The notes below the pieces were generated by a model. The model did not search any database and had not been told where the DNA came from. It worked only from the letters and a program-made list of their open reading frames with translations. Both the position numbers and the translations under genes were made by a program. From the NCBI GenBank assembly GCA_036170975.1, contig JAVHQE010000064.1:1-52641 (forward strand): a stretch of DNA of 52,641 bases. The letters run 5' to 3'. The DNA comes from Minisyncoccota bacterium (GTDB lineage: Bacteria; Patescibacteriota; Minisyncoccia; Phycocordibacterales; UBA1550). How positions within the stretch are numbered: position 1 is the first letter of the stretch; each line of letters begins with the position of its first letter. Positions 1 to 8,566 of the stretch are shown piece after piece.

Positions 1-195
1 CCTAGTAAATTGAGGCAGTTCGGGTTTAAAAATATCGCTTGTGTTTTTTGAGAGTGGGTTGGTGTGGGGGCAAGGATGCTTAAAAACTTTGTATCTTGAT
101 TTTCTTTTGAGACTCAGGCTCTTTTTTGAGCCAGACGTGCAAGAGAGGTGTTTTTGGTAGAACCGCCTCTCTTGCACACACCCTTTGCTCGCGGT

Positions 196-1443
196 ATGAT
201 AGAGAGTATGAATGCATTCCAATCCCTTGATTTTTTGGGACTCTATAATCAAGTCAGTGTAATCCTCGTTTCTTTTTTTGCGCTGTTCCCCTATTGGGCA
301 CCAATTATTTTAGGGACACTCTTTTGGCACCATTGGGTACACTATGCTCAAACGCTCTACATTTCTCATATCAATTGGGTGATACTTGAAATTAAAATTC
401 CAAAAGAAACAAATAAGTCACCTCTTGCTATGGAGATAGTGCTCAGTGCTTTCCAGCAGGGAGGAAAAATAAATTGGTACGATAAATACTGGAAAGGGAA
501 AGTTCGTGATTGGTTTTCTCTGGAGATGGTATCCATTGAAGGGCAAATTCGTTTTTTTATTCGAACCCCTGCTATCTATAAAAATGTTATTGAAGCACAA
601 TTGTATGCGCAATACCCTGATGTTGAGATTTATGAAGTTCCTGATTACTCTCGTTATGTTGACTATCAAGGAAAAGAAGGAGAATGGGAGATGATCGGCG
701 CAGAGTACAAACTTTCAAAGGCAGATCCGTACCCAATAAAAACATATGTTGACTACGGCCTCGACAAAGACCCAAAGGAAGAGTTTAAAATTGACCCCTT
801 AACCTCGGTCATTGAGTACCTCGGTTCAGCAGGGAAAGGCGAGCAAATTTGGATTCAAATTATCGTGCAGGCAGCGGAGACCCGTTATACAAAGAAGAGT
901 GGAGAAAAGGGTGACTGGAAAGACGAAGGGAAGGAAATCATTGATGAGCTTACCAAACGTAACGAAAAAACTCCCGAGGGTATGCCGTCTTTTAAAATGA
1001 TGATGACAACAAAGGGAGAAAGTGAGATTGTTGCTGCTATTGAGCGCAGTATGGGGAAGCTTGGATTTGATGTGGGTATTCGTACCCTTTATCTTTCAAA
1101 AAGAGATAAATTTAACCCAAGTAACATCAAGGCGCTCGGGGGACTTTTTCGGGCCTTTAGTTCGAACAATCTTAACGGATTTAGGTATGCAGATCAGGCT
1201 ATTGGGTGGGACTTTCCGTGGCAAGATTACGAAAAAATACGCATTACTAAAAAACGCAAAGAATTCTTTGAAGCATACAAGTATCGTGCTTGGTTTCATG
1301 ACCCTCGCAAAATCACCCCGTTTGTCTTGACTACCGAGGAGTTAGCGACAATCTTTCATTTCCCTGGAGGAGTTGCGCAGACGCCAACGTTCGGTCGTAT
1401 CTCTTCGCGCAAGTCAGAAGCCCCCATCAATTTGCCTATCTAG
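196..1443 (+). CDS. hypothetical membrane-anchored protein with N-terminal hydrophobic segments and a large soluble domain
   Basis: Long ORF (track 148..1443). I place the start at ATG 196 because 148-177 lies inside a perfect 12-bp hairpin (137-177). No family motif recognised. Confidence 0.6.
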   Translation: MIESMNAFQSLDFLGLYNQVSVILVSFFALFPYWAPIILGTLFWHHWVHYAQTLYISHINWVILEIKIPKETNKSPLAMEIVLSAFQQGGKINWYDKYWKGKVRDWFSLEMVSIEGQIRFFIRTPAIYKNVIEAQLYAQYPDVEIYEVPDYSRYVDYQGKEGEWEMIGAEYKLSKADPYPIKTYVDYGLDKDPKEEFKIDPLTSVIEYLGSAGKGEQIWIQIIVQAAETRYTKKSGEKGDWKDEGKEIIDELTKRNEKTPEGMPSFKMMMTTKGESEIVAAIERSMGKLGFDVGIRTLYLSKRDKFNPSNIKALGGLFRAFSSNNLNGFRYADQAIGWDFPWQDYEKIRITKKRKEFFEAYKYRAWFHDPRKITPFVLTTEELATIFHFPGGVAQTPTFGRISSRKSEAPINLPI

Positions 1444-1536
1444 AGCTTTTTTGCAGAGCGCAGGATGTGCTATTGACTGGTTTGGTACTATTTACCATAA
1501 AGAAATAATAAACTCATTAATTTGAGATTACATGAA

Positions 1537-2601
1537 ATGAATGAAATAGAACAAGGGGAGACAAAAAAAGAAGACGAATTCTTGTCAGAAGAAATAAAAA
1601 GAAAAACAACAGGAGAGGAGCTCTCTCTCTTTATTGAGTCTATTCGTTTTGGGAAACAACGATCGAAAGTGCTCTTTTTCTCGGTACTCATTGTCGTCTC
1701 TTTTTCCGCGCTTGTCTCGTTTTTTCTTATGCCACCACTTGATTTTCCTCTTGATAAAACAATTGTAATTAAAAACGGTTTTTCTCTGGGACAGGTCTCG
1801 TTTCTTTTGGAAGAGCAACACCTTATCCGCTCGCGCCTTGTTTTTGAGTTTTGTGCTATGACGGTAGGAAAAGACAAGGAGATACGCGCGGGTACGTACT
1901 TACTAAAAACGCCTGTTGGCGCCTGCTCGCTTGCGTTGCGTGTTACCTCAGGTAATTTTGGTGTACCGGTTGTTAAGATAACTATTCCCGAAGGATTATC
2001 CAACCAGAAGATAGCAGGTATCCTCTCCGCAAAATTCCCACAATTCGACGCTACTTTTTTCATGAATGATACGCAGTCTCAAGAGGGGTATTTGTTCCCC
2101 GATACGTACTTTTTCTCAAGAGAAGCAACCGCACAAGAGGTTGAAGCAATAATGCATGCCAATTTTGACAAAAAAATCGCGACAATAAAACCCCTTCTTG
2201 ATGCGTCGAATCACTCACTCAAGGATATTATTATCATGGCGTCAATTCTTGAAAAAGAGGCAGCAACTGACACTGACCGAGAGATTATCTCGGGGATATT
2301 ATGGAAACGTATTAAGATAGGCATGCCTCTTCAGATTGATGCATCTTTTCTCTACCTTCTCGGGAAGAAATCAAGTGAACTTACACAGGCAGATTTACAA
2401 ATGGACTCGGTATACAATACCTATCGCAATCGCGGACTTCCAGCAGGGCCTATTGGCAATCCAGGATTGTCAGCAATTCGTTCGGCAATAAACCCACAGA
2501 AAACGGAGTACCTGTACTATCTTTCAGGTGCTGATGGGGTGATGCATTATGCGAAAAATTTTGAAGAGCATAAGGCGAACAAAATAAAATATTTGAGATA
2601 A
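1537..2601 (+). CDS. mltG: endolytic murein transglycosylase MltG (YceG-like)
   Basis: N-terminal TM helix followed by a YceG-type domain with GYLFPDTYFF and ASILEKEA motifs. The track starts at TTG 1522; the first ATG is at 1537. Confidence 0.85.
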   Translation: MNEIEQGETKKEDEFLSEEIKRKTTGEELSLFIESIRFGKQRSKVLFFSVLIVVSFSALVSFFLMPPLDFPLDKTIVIKNGFSLGQVSFLLEEQHLIRSRLVFEFCAMTVGKDKEIRAGTYLLKTPVGACSLALRVTSGNFGVPVVKITIPEGLSNQKIAGILSAKFPQFDATFFMNDTQSQEGYLFPDTYFFSREATAQEVEAIMHANFDKKIATIKPLLDASNHSLKDIIIMASILEKEAATDTDREIISGILWKRIKIGMPLQIDASFLYLLGKKSSELTQADLQMDSVYNTYRNRGLPAGPIGNPGLSAIRSAINPQKTEYLYYLSGADGVMHYAKNFEEHKANKIKYLR

Positions 2602-2687
2602 TTTTTGACAGAATGATATCGTTTTGATATGGTTTGCAGAGGAAACAAGTAAAGAAACTCCCTATTTACAAAGAAAGGAAAAATCAA

Positions 2688-2996
2688 ATGAACACTGGAA
2701 TAGTCGTAGTATGGTTACTGCTCTATGCACTGTATTTAATGGTAGTTATTTTTTTGGCAGGAGTTTTCTTGAAGAATTATTTCTTCCCTCGCAGAAAAAT
2801 CGTATGGTCGTCATTATCGTTTGGCCCCGTAAATTTGTGGACGATGACACCGGCGCTTGAATCCCGTGCTTCGCGAAGAGAACAGTGGGATCTGGTATGG
2901 AAAGAGTATCCTCTGCAAGAGGCCAGTGTTTGTTATGAGGGCAGGGGCGATAGTCTCCTTTTCCGAAGGATGGAGGATCTTGTTGCTCAACGATAA
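2688..2996 (+). CDS. hypothetical small membrane protein
   Basis: ORF track 2634..2996. ATG 2688 precedes a clear TM helix (IVVVWLLLYALYLMVVIFLAGVF) and follows a purine-rich stretch. A terminator hairpin follows. Confidence 0.45.
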   Translation: MNTGIVVVWLLLYALYLMVVIFLAGVFLKNYFFPRRKIVWSSLSFGPVNLWTMTPALESRASRREQWDLVWKEYPLQEASVCYEGRGDSLLFRRMEDLVAQR

Positions 2997-3019
2997 AGGA
3001 CCCTGCGGGGTTCTTTTTT
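2996..3019 (+). terminator. rho-independent terminator-like hairpin
   Basis: aaggaccc / gggttctt stem (8 bp, one G-U) with a tgcg loop, followed by a T run. Confidence 0.55.
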
Positions 3020-3029
3020 ATAAATAATA

Positions 3030-4121
3030 ATGCAAAAACAAATTAAAAAATCAAAAGGAAAAGTTTTTGTGGGTATGTCAGGAGGGGTAGATAGCTCAGT
3101 ATCTGTAGCGCTTCTTCAGGCGGAGGGCTATGACGTCGTCGGCGTTTTTATGAAGGTATGGCAACCGGATTTTTTGCCTTGCACTTGGCGCGAGGAACGT
3201 CTTGACGCGATGCGAGTGGCAGCGCATTTGGGTATCCCGCTCCTTACGTGGGATTTTGAGAAGGAATACAAAGAAGGGGTGGCAGATTATATGATTCGTG
3301 AATATCGCAGAGGACGCACTCCAAACCCTGATGTGATGTGTAACCGCGAAGTAAAGTTTGGCGCCTTTTTCCGCCGTGCGATCCAAGAGGGTGCAGACTT
3401 TGTGGCGACGGGGCACTACGCGCAAATAAAATATGATAAAAAAAACAACGTATATAAAATGCTTAAGGGGGTAGATGATACCAAAGATCAGGCATATTTT
3501 TTGTGGACCCTTAAACAAGAGCAACTTTCAAAAACATTGTTCCCGATTGGAAAATATAAAAAAACACAGGTTCGCATTTTGGCAAAAAAGTTCAACCTCC
3601 CTGTTGCAGAGAAGAAAGACAGTCAAGGCCTTTGTTTTATGGGCAAGCTCGATATGAAGGAATTTCTCGCACATTTTATAAAAGAAAAAGAGGGGTGTAT
3701 TTTGAACGAAGAAGGAGAGGTTATTGGAACGCATCGAGGAGCATTTTTCTATACGCTCGGTGAACGACATGGATTTACTATTTTACAAAAAAAAGCAGAA
3801 GACACTCCTTACTATGTTGTTGCAAAAGACCTCAAGGAGAATACGCTTACGGTGGCGCATCAAGAAAAAAGAGTCTCGATTTCTGCCACACAAGAGATTC
3901 AAGTTTCAGAGGTTAGTTTTTGTGAAGGAATAGTTCCGGATATCAATCGTTCATATTCTGCACAGGTACGTTATCATGGAGAATTATATAGGTGCAATCT
4001 TAGTATAGAAAAAAATGGTCATTGTTCAGTTCATTTTAAAAAAACAGTAATAGTTGACAAGGGGCAGTCTCTTGTAATCTATCATGATGATGAATGTGTC
4101 GGGGGAGGGATTATTAGTTGA
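3030..4121 (+). CDS. mnmA: tRNA 2-thiouridine(34) synthase MnmA
   Basis: PP-loop motif VGMSGGVDSSV, conserved catalytic Cys context (NPDVMCN, GLCFMG), typical length of 363 aa. Confidence 0.9.
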   Translation: MQKQIKKSKGKVFVGMSGGVDSSVSVALLQAEGYDVVGVFMKVWQPDFLPCTWREERLDAMRVAAHLGIPLLTWDFEKEYKEGVADYMIREYRRGRTPNPDVMCNREVKFGAFFRRAIQEGADFVATGHYAQIKYDKKNNVYKMLKGVDDTKDQAYFLWTLKQEQLSKTLFPIGKYKKTQVRILAKKFNLPVAEKKDSQGLCFMGKLDMKEFLAHFIKEKEGCILNEEGEVIGTHRGAFFYTLGERHGFTILQKKAEDTPYYVVAKDLKENTLTVAHQEKRVSISATQEIQVSEVSFCEGIVPDINRSYSAQVRYHGELYRCNLSIEKNGHCSVHFKKTVIVDKGQSLVIYHDDECVGGGIIS

Positions 4122-4147
4122 CATATATAGGTGTATGTGTCTATACT
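4118..4147 (+). promoter_or_regulatory. sigma70-like promoter (TTGACA, 18-nt spacer, TATACT)
   Basis: Consensus -35 at 4118-4123 and near-consensus -10 at 4142-4147, directly upstream of a small-ORF cassette. Confidence 0.5.
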
Positions 4148-4239
4148 GTAGGTAGAAATACGCAGTAGTTATTTTAAGATTAGTGTATGCGAATTTTCGC
4201 ACGCTTACTCCTCAGAGTTTTTAATGAGGAAGGGAGAAA

Positions 4240-4422
4240 ATGATGGGAGAAATTAGCTATATAATGGTCGGTGCTTCATTTGAGGAACGTTGTGCAAAAG
4301 CTAAAGACATTCTTTCTTTGTGCTTAAGAGAATCAGAGAAAATTGCAGAAAGAGAGCTTGATTTACTCCAGAATAACTATAAGAAAATCAGCAATGACAA
4401 CTCTGTTCTCTCGAAAATTTAG
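4240..4422 (+). CDS. hypothetical small protein (60 aa)
   Basis: ORF preceded by gaagggagaaa (SD-like). It lies between its own promoter (4118) and terminator (4593). No homology recognised. Confidence 0.4.
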   Translation: MMGEISYIMVGASFEERCAKAKDILSLCLRESEKIAERELDLLQNNYKKISNDNSVLSKI

Positions 4423-4592
4423 GAGATATTCACAAAGAAAGTAGCCAGGTAGTTGTGAATAATTCTCAGGAAACAATGAGGATACTATGGTTATTTTCAC
4501 AAGATGTATGCCTCATGATTTGCGGAGCAGATGCAACTGCTTTTGCAATGAAAGCCATTGAGCACGAGCGTAGAACTCGCTAGATATATTCC

Positions 4593-4626
4593 AACTCCGC
4601 ACTTTTGAAAGAGTGTGGAGTTTTTC
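4593..4626 (+). terminator. rho-independent terminator
   Basis: aactccgcact / agtgtggagtt stem (11 bp, one G-U), 8-nt loop, TTTTT tail. Confidence 0.7.
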
Positions 4627-4666
4627 TATTTCAACTTTATCGAGAATATGCGATAATCAACCTAAC

Positions 4667-5530
4667 ATGAGTTACGGAGAAAAGCATAACGATACCATCT
4701 GGGTCATAAAGACTTCAGGAGAACGCCAGCCGTTTTCTCTTACTAAACTTCGGCGGTCTCTGGTGCGTTCTGGGGCAGACAGCGAAATGGTTGAGCGAAT
4801 TGTCGATCATATCACCACGGAGCTTCATAATGGTATGCGCACTTCAGCGATATACAAGCATGCCTACTCGATTCTCAAAAGAAATAAATATCCTGTTGCA
4901 ATTCGCTATTCTCTCCGTAAAGCAGTCATGGAGCTTGGGCCGAGTGGTTTTCCTTTTGAAAAATTTGTTGCGGAGATATTACGAGGAAAAGGGTATATGG
5001 CACGAACAGGGGTTATCCTCCCTGGGTTTTGTGTATCTCACGAGGTTGATGTCCTTATGGAAAAAGACAATAAGCATATTTTTGTGGAGTGCAAGTTTCA
5101 TAACCAGCAGGGTATTAAGACTGATGTGAAGGTTGCTCTCTATGTACACGCGCGGTTTCTTGATTTACAAAAAGGCCATGACCTAAAGGAAGCAGGGAGC
5201 GTTCCTCGTGTGCATGAGGGGTGGGTGGTGACCAATACAAAACTTACGGGTGACGCAATACAGTATGCGAACTGTGCAGGGCTCACGATCATTGGTTGGG
5301 ATTATCCAGAACAAGGCAACCTTCAAGATCTTATCCTTGAGACGGGCGTACACCCTCTTACTTTTCTATCAACATTAAGTACTCACGAAAAAATAGCACT
5401 TCTTGAAAAAGGAATTGTTCTCTGTAATGATCTTAAAAAAGACAGCACGCACTTAAAAGCAATCGGCATCTCAGATGACCAGATAAAGAAAGTGGTAAAT
5501 GAGATCGATCGTGTATGCCAAGAATTTTAA
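4667..5530 (+). CDS. ATP-cone domain fused to a PD-(D/E)xK (Mrr-like) restriction-endonuclease-fold domain
   Basis: N-terminus IWVIKTSGERQPFSLTKLRRSL...IVDHITTEL is ATP-cone-like. The centre, HEVDVLMEKDNKHIFVECKFH, fits D...ExK nuclease motifs. The track start at 4613 lies inside the upstream terminator, so ATG 4667 is preferred. Confidence 0.7.
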   Translation: MSYGEKHNDTIWVIKTSGERQPFSLTKLRRSLVRSGADSEMVERIVDHITTELHNGMRTSAIYKHAYSILKRNKYPVAIRYSLRKAVMELGPSGFPFEKFVAEILRGKGYMARTGVILPGFCVSHEVDVLMEKDNKHIFVECKFHNQQGIKTDVKVALYVHARFLDLQKGHDLKEAGSVPRVHEGWVVTNTKLTGDAIQYANCAGLTIIGWDYPEQGNLQDLILETGVHPLTFLSTLSTHEKIALLEKGIVLCNDLKKDSTHLKAIGISDDQIKKVVNEIDRVCQEF

Positions 5531-5563
5531 TTTATTGCAGTTATTTGTTATAATAAAATCACG

Positions 5564-6043
5564 ATGATTACTGATATTATTACGGTGGATACGTGGGTGC
5601 TGATTTTAAAGCTTGGAGCAGCGCTTTTTTTAGGAATGTCGCTCGGGATTGAGCGTGCCCTTGCAGGGAAAACCGCGGGGATGCGTACGTATGGACTTGT
5701 TACGCTTGGCTCAACCCTCTTTGTTATTATAGGAATTCTTGCATCGGGAGGGTATCACAATAACCTTACTATTTTTACAGATTCTTCTGCTCGTATAACA
5801 GCGGCAATCATTCAAGGAATAGGTTTCATTGGCGCAGGGCTCATTATTTTCAAGGGTTCAAAAGTGAGTGGAGTTACTACAGCGGCAGGGATATGGGTTG
5901 CTGCAGGTGTTGGTGTTTCTATTGGATATGGATTTTACGTTTTGGCGATTATTACGACGATCTTTACCCTCTTTGTTTTTACGGGTCTTTGGTATATTGA
6001 AAATAAAGTAAAATCGCTCGCCCATCTTTTGCACGACGACTAA
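5564..6043 (+). CDS. MgtC/SapB family membrane protein
   Basis: LGMSLGIERALAGKTAGMRTYGLV motif and 4-5 TM helices typical of the MgtC family. Confidence 0.8.
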   Translation: MITDIITVDTWVLILKLGAALFLGMSLGIERALAGKTAGMRTYGLVTLGSTLFVIIGILASGGYHNNLTIFTDSSARITAAIIQGIGFIGAGLIIFKGSKVSGVTTAAGIWVAAGVGVSIGYGFYVLAIITTIFTLFVFTGLWYIENKVKSLAHLLHDD

Positions 6044-6060
6044 CCACTGATTAAACCTAC

Positions 6061-6156
6061 ATGACGTACCTTATTTTATTGGTGACAATTTTACTTTTTG
6101 TGTTTATTGCGAAGGATCTTTCTGTACACAAGAATAAGAAAAACAAAAAGATATGA
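6061..6156 (+). CDS. candidate micro-ORF encoding a 31-aa hydrophobic peptide (MTYLILLVTILLFVFIAKDLSVHKNKKNKKI)
   Basis: My own reading of the sequence; it is below the ORF-track size cutoff. It encodes a single TM helix plus a Lys-rich tail, and its TGA overlaps the ATG of the next gene (ATGA at 6153-6156). Confidence 0.35.
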   Translation: MTYLILLVTILLFVFIAKDLSVHKNKKNKKI

Positions 6157-6659
6157 GCAAAAACTCAGAACTCCATAAAAAGATTTGTGCAGCAAGTCTT
6201 CATCAAAAAAATACGGCTGAGTACGGAGAAACATACCGTGAACATGTTCTTGAGCAATACAAGATTGCTATCCAGGGTCTTGACTATACGAGTAAATGGA
6301 AACATATCGTTAATAATTATTTTTTAACTATTCATACCGCGCTTCTTGCGGGGATCAGTCTCTCTGTTACCCGTACTGATATGTCACTCTCTATCCTTAC
6401 GCACGATATTATCCCTTTTGTAGGCGCGGGGATAGCCATTTCCTGGTTTATCACTATCCGCGGGTATAACGAGGTTCTTGCAACGAAGTTTTCAATACTA
6501 CATTGCATTGAAACAGAACTTCCTCTCGCACTTTATACTACTGAATGGGAAATTCTTAATGCTTCATATAAAAACCCTCACCGTGCTGCGCGCATCGACC
6601 CCCTCGTACCTCTCTTCTTCGTGATTTTTTATATCGCTATTTTCCTTTTTGTGAAATAA
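6153..6659 (+). CDS. hypothetical 3-TM membrane protein. The N-terminal helical region plus TM pair resembles RipA-like/SLATT-like small membrane proteins (tentative).
   Basis: EQYKIAIQGLDYTSKWKHIVNNYFLTIHTALLAG precedes two TM helices, and there is a C-terminal TM. The family assignment is from memory only. Confidence 0.5.
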   Translation: MSKNSELHKKICAASLHQKNTAEYGETYREHVLEQYKIAIQGLDYTSKWKHIVNNYFLTIHTALLAGISLSVTRTDMSLSILTHDIIPFVGAGIAISWFITIRGYNEVLATKFSILHCIETELPLALYTTEWEILNASYKNPHRAARIDPLVPLFFVIFYIAIFLFVK

Positions 6660-6677
6660 GTGGTATGTATATACAGT

Positions 6678-8453
6678 ATGAATTCTAAAGAAATCAGAGA
6701 TAAATTCCTTCTATTTTTTGAGAAGCGAGGACATGCGATTGTTCCGTCTGCTTCACTTGTTCCCGAGAACGACCCCTCGGTCCTTTTTAATACTGCAGGT
6801 ATGCAACCACTTGTTCCGTACCTCATGGGGACGCCTCACCCGAGCGGAAAACGCCTTGCAAATAGCCAGAAATGTGTGCGAACGCAAGATATTGATGAAG
6901 TTGGCGACAAAACCCATGATACCTTTTTTGAGATGTTGGGGAACTGGTCGCTCGGAGATTATTTCAAAGAAGACGCTATCAAGTGGAGCTTTGAGTTCTT
7001 GACCTCAAAAGAAGAAGGCCTTGGTCTTGATCGTGCTCGTCTCTATGTGACGGTTTTTGAGGGTAACGATGATGCACCACGCGACACCGAAGCATTTGAA
7101 ATCTGGAAAAAGTATATGCCTGAGAGTCATATTTACTTTATGTCCGCTAAGTCGAATTGGTGGAGCCCTGGCGACAACGGTCCTTGTGGTCCTGATACCG
7201 AGATGTTCTATGATGTTACCAAAGATGGTCTTGGTGATCTGTCTAAAGAGCAGTACATGTCCGCAGACGACCGGCAAGAAGTTGTTGAGATTTGGAATGA
7301 TGTATTCATGGAGTATGAGAAAAAAGACGGCAAGGTAATTGGGAAGCTTGCGACGAAGAACGTAGATACAGGGTCGGGTCTCGAACGTGTTGTGATGGCA
7401 ATACAGGGGAAAGATAATGTTTTTGACACTGATCTCTTTGCGCCTACTATGGAGAAACTCAAAGAGTTAACAGGAGGGGAGATTGTGAATCTTCGCGCGC
7501 AACGTATTGTTGCGGACCACGTACGTACTTCGATAATGATGATTGCCGATGGGGTGCGCCCTTCGAACACCGACCAGGGCTATATTTTGCGCCGTCTACT
7601 CCGTCGTGCGGTCCGTTATGCGGACATGTTGGGCATTCGCCAAGGAACACTTGTTGACCTTGTTCCCGTCATCGCAGAAAAATATCAAGGAGTATATGAA
7701 AACGTTGGAGGGCAACTTTCCCTCATTGTTGAAGAAATTCGCGGGGAAGAAGAAAAATTCAGGAAGACACTTGAGAGGGGAATGAAGGAACTCGCAACCC
7801 TCTTTGGTCAAGGAACAATTACCGCAGAGGATGCTTTTAAGCTTTTTTCCACCTACGGTTTTCCTATTGAGATGACCGAGGAAATTGCGAGCGAAAAAGG
7901 AGTCAATGTTGATCGTAATGGTTTTGATATTGAGTTTAAAAAACACCAAGATCTTTCTCGTGCAGGTGCAGAGCAGAAGTTCAAAGGAGGACTTGCCGAC
8001 AGTAGCGAAAAGACAACCGCACTCCATACGGCGACACACCTCATGCTCGCAGGGTTGCGCAAATATTTAGGAAATGAAGTGCATCAAGCGGGCTCGAATA
8101 TTACTGAAGAGCGTTTGCGCTTTGATTTTAACTATCCTCAAAAAGTTGAGCGTGAAATTCTCGATAATGTAGAAACATATGTGAACGAAGCAATTGAAAA
8201 AAGATGTATCGTTGATAAGTCCCAGATGAAAAAAGGGGAAGCACGGGCTCAGGGTGTTGAAGGGAGTTTTTGGGAAAAGTACCCTGAAGAGGTTACTGTC
8301 TATACCGTAAAAAATGGTGACACTATTTATTCGCAAGAGCTTTGTGGGGGGCCTCATGTTGAAAGGACTGAAGGTATGGGCAAATTTAAAATAGTAAAAG
8401 AGGAGGCGTCGAGCGCAGGGGTTCGTCGTATTAAGGCGATATTAGAAAAATGA
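6678..8453 (+). CDS. alaS: alanine--tRNA ligase, short form lacking the C-Ala domain
   Basis: N-terminus MNSKEIRDKFLLFFEKRGH, class II motifs, and editing-domain HTATHLM and CGGPH motifs. The track starts at GTG 6660; ATG 6678 gives the canonical N-terminus. Confidence 0.9.
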   Translation: MNSKEIRDKFLLFFEKRGHAIVPSASLVPENDPSVLFNTAGMQPLVPYLMGTPHPSGKRLANSQKCVRTQDIDEVGDKTHDTFFEMLGNWSLGDYFKEDAIKWSFEFLTSKEEGLGLDRARLYVTVFEGNDDAPRDTEAFEIWKKYMPESHIYFMSAKSNWWSPGDNGPCGPDTEMFYDVTKDGLGDLSKEQYMSADDRQEVVEIWNDVFMEYEKKDGKVIGKLATKNVDTGSGLERVVMAIQGKDNVFDTDLFAPTMEKLKELTGGEIVNLRAQRIVADHVRTSIMMIADGVRPSNTDQGYILRRLLRRAVRYADMLGIRQGTLVDLVPVIAEKYQGVYENVGGQLSLIVEEIRGEEEKFRKTLERGMKELATLFGQGTITAEDAFKLFSTYGFPIEMTEEIASEKGVNVDRNGFDIEFKKHQDLSRAGAEQKFKGGLADSSEKTTALHTATHLMLAGLRKYLGNEVHQAGSNITEERLRFDFNYPQKVEREILDNVETYVNEAIEKRCIVDKSQMKKGEARAQGVEGSFWEKYPEEVTVYTVKNGDTIYSQELCGGPHVERTEGMGKFKIVKEEASSAGVRRIKAILEK

Positions 8454-8566
8454 GATATTCATGAGTTTGTTTATTAAGGACATTTTGAATGATGAAACTC
8501 GTTTTTGTTAAGAATTAGGGAGATTATCTAATTTGTATTTGATTTTGTACTTGGTATACTTACTGT

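Noticed and set aside
148-195. GTG 148 as the start of the first CDS, and TTG/GTG 4613 as the start of the ATP-cone gene
   Set aside because: Both positions fall inside strong hairpins (137-177, and the terminator at 4593-4626). Downstream in-frame ATGs (196 and 4667) give more plausible N-termini.
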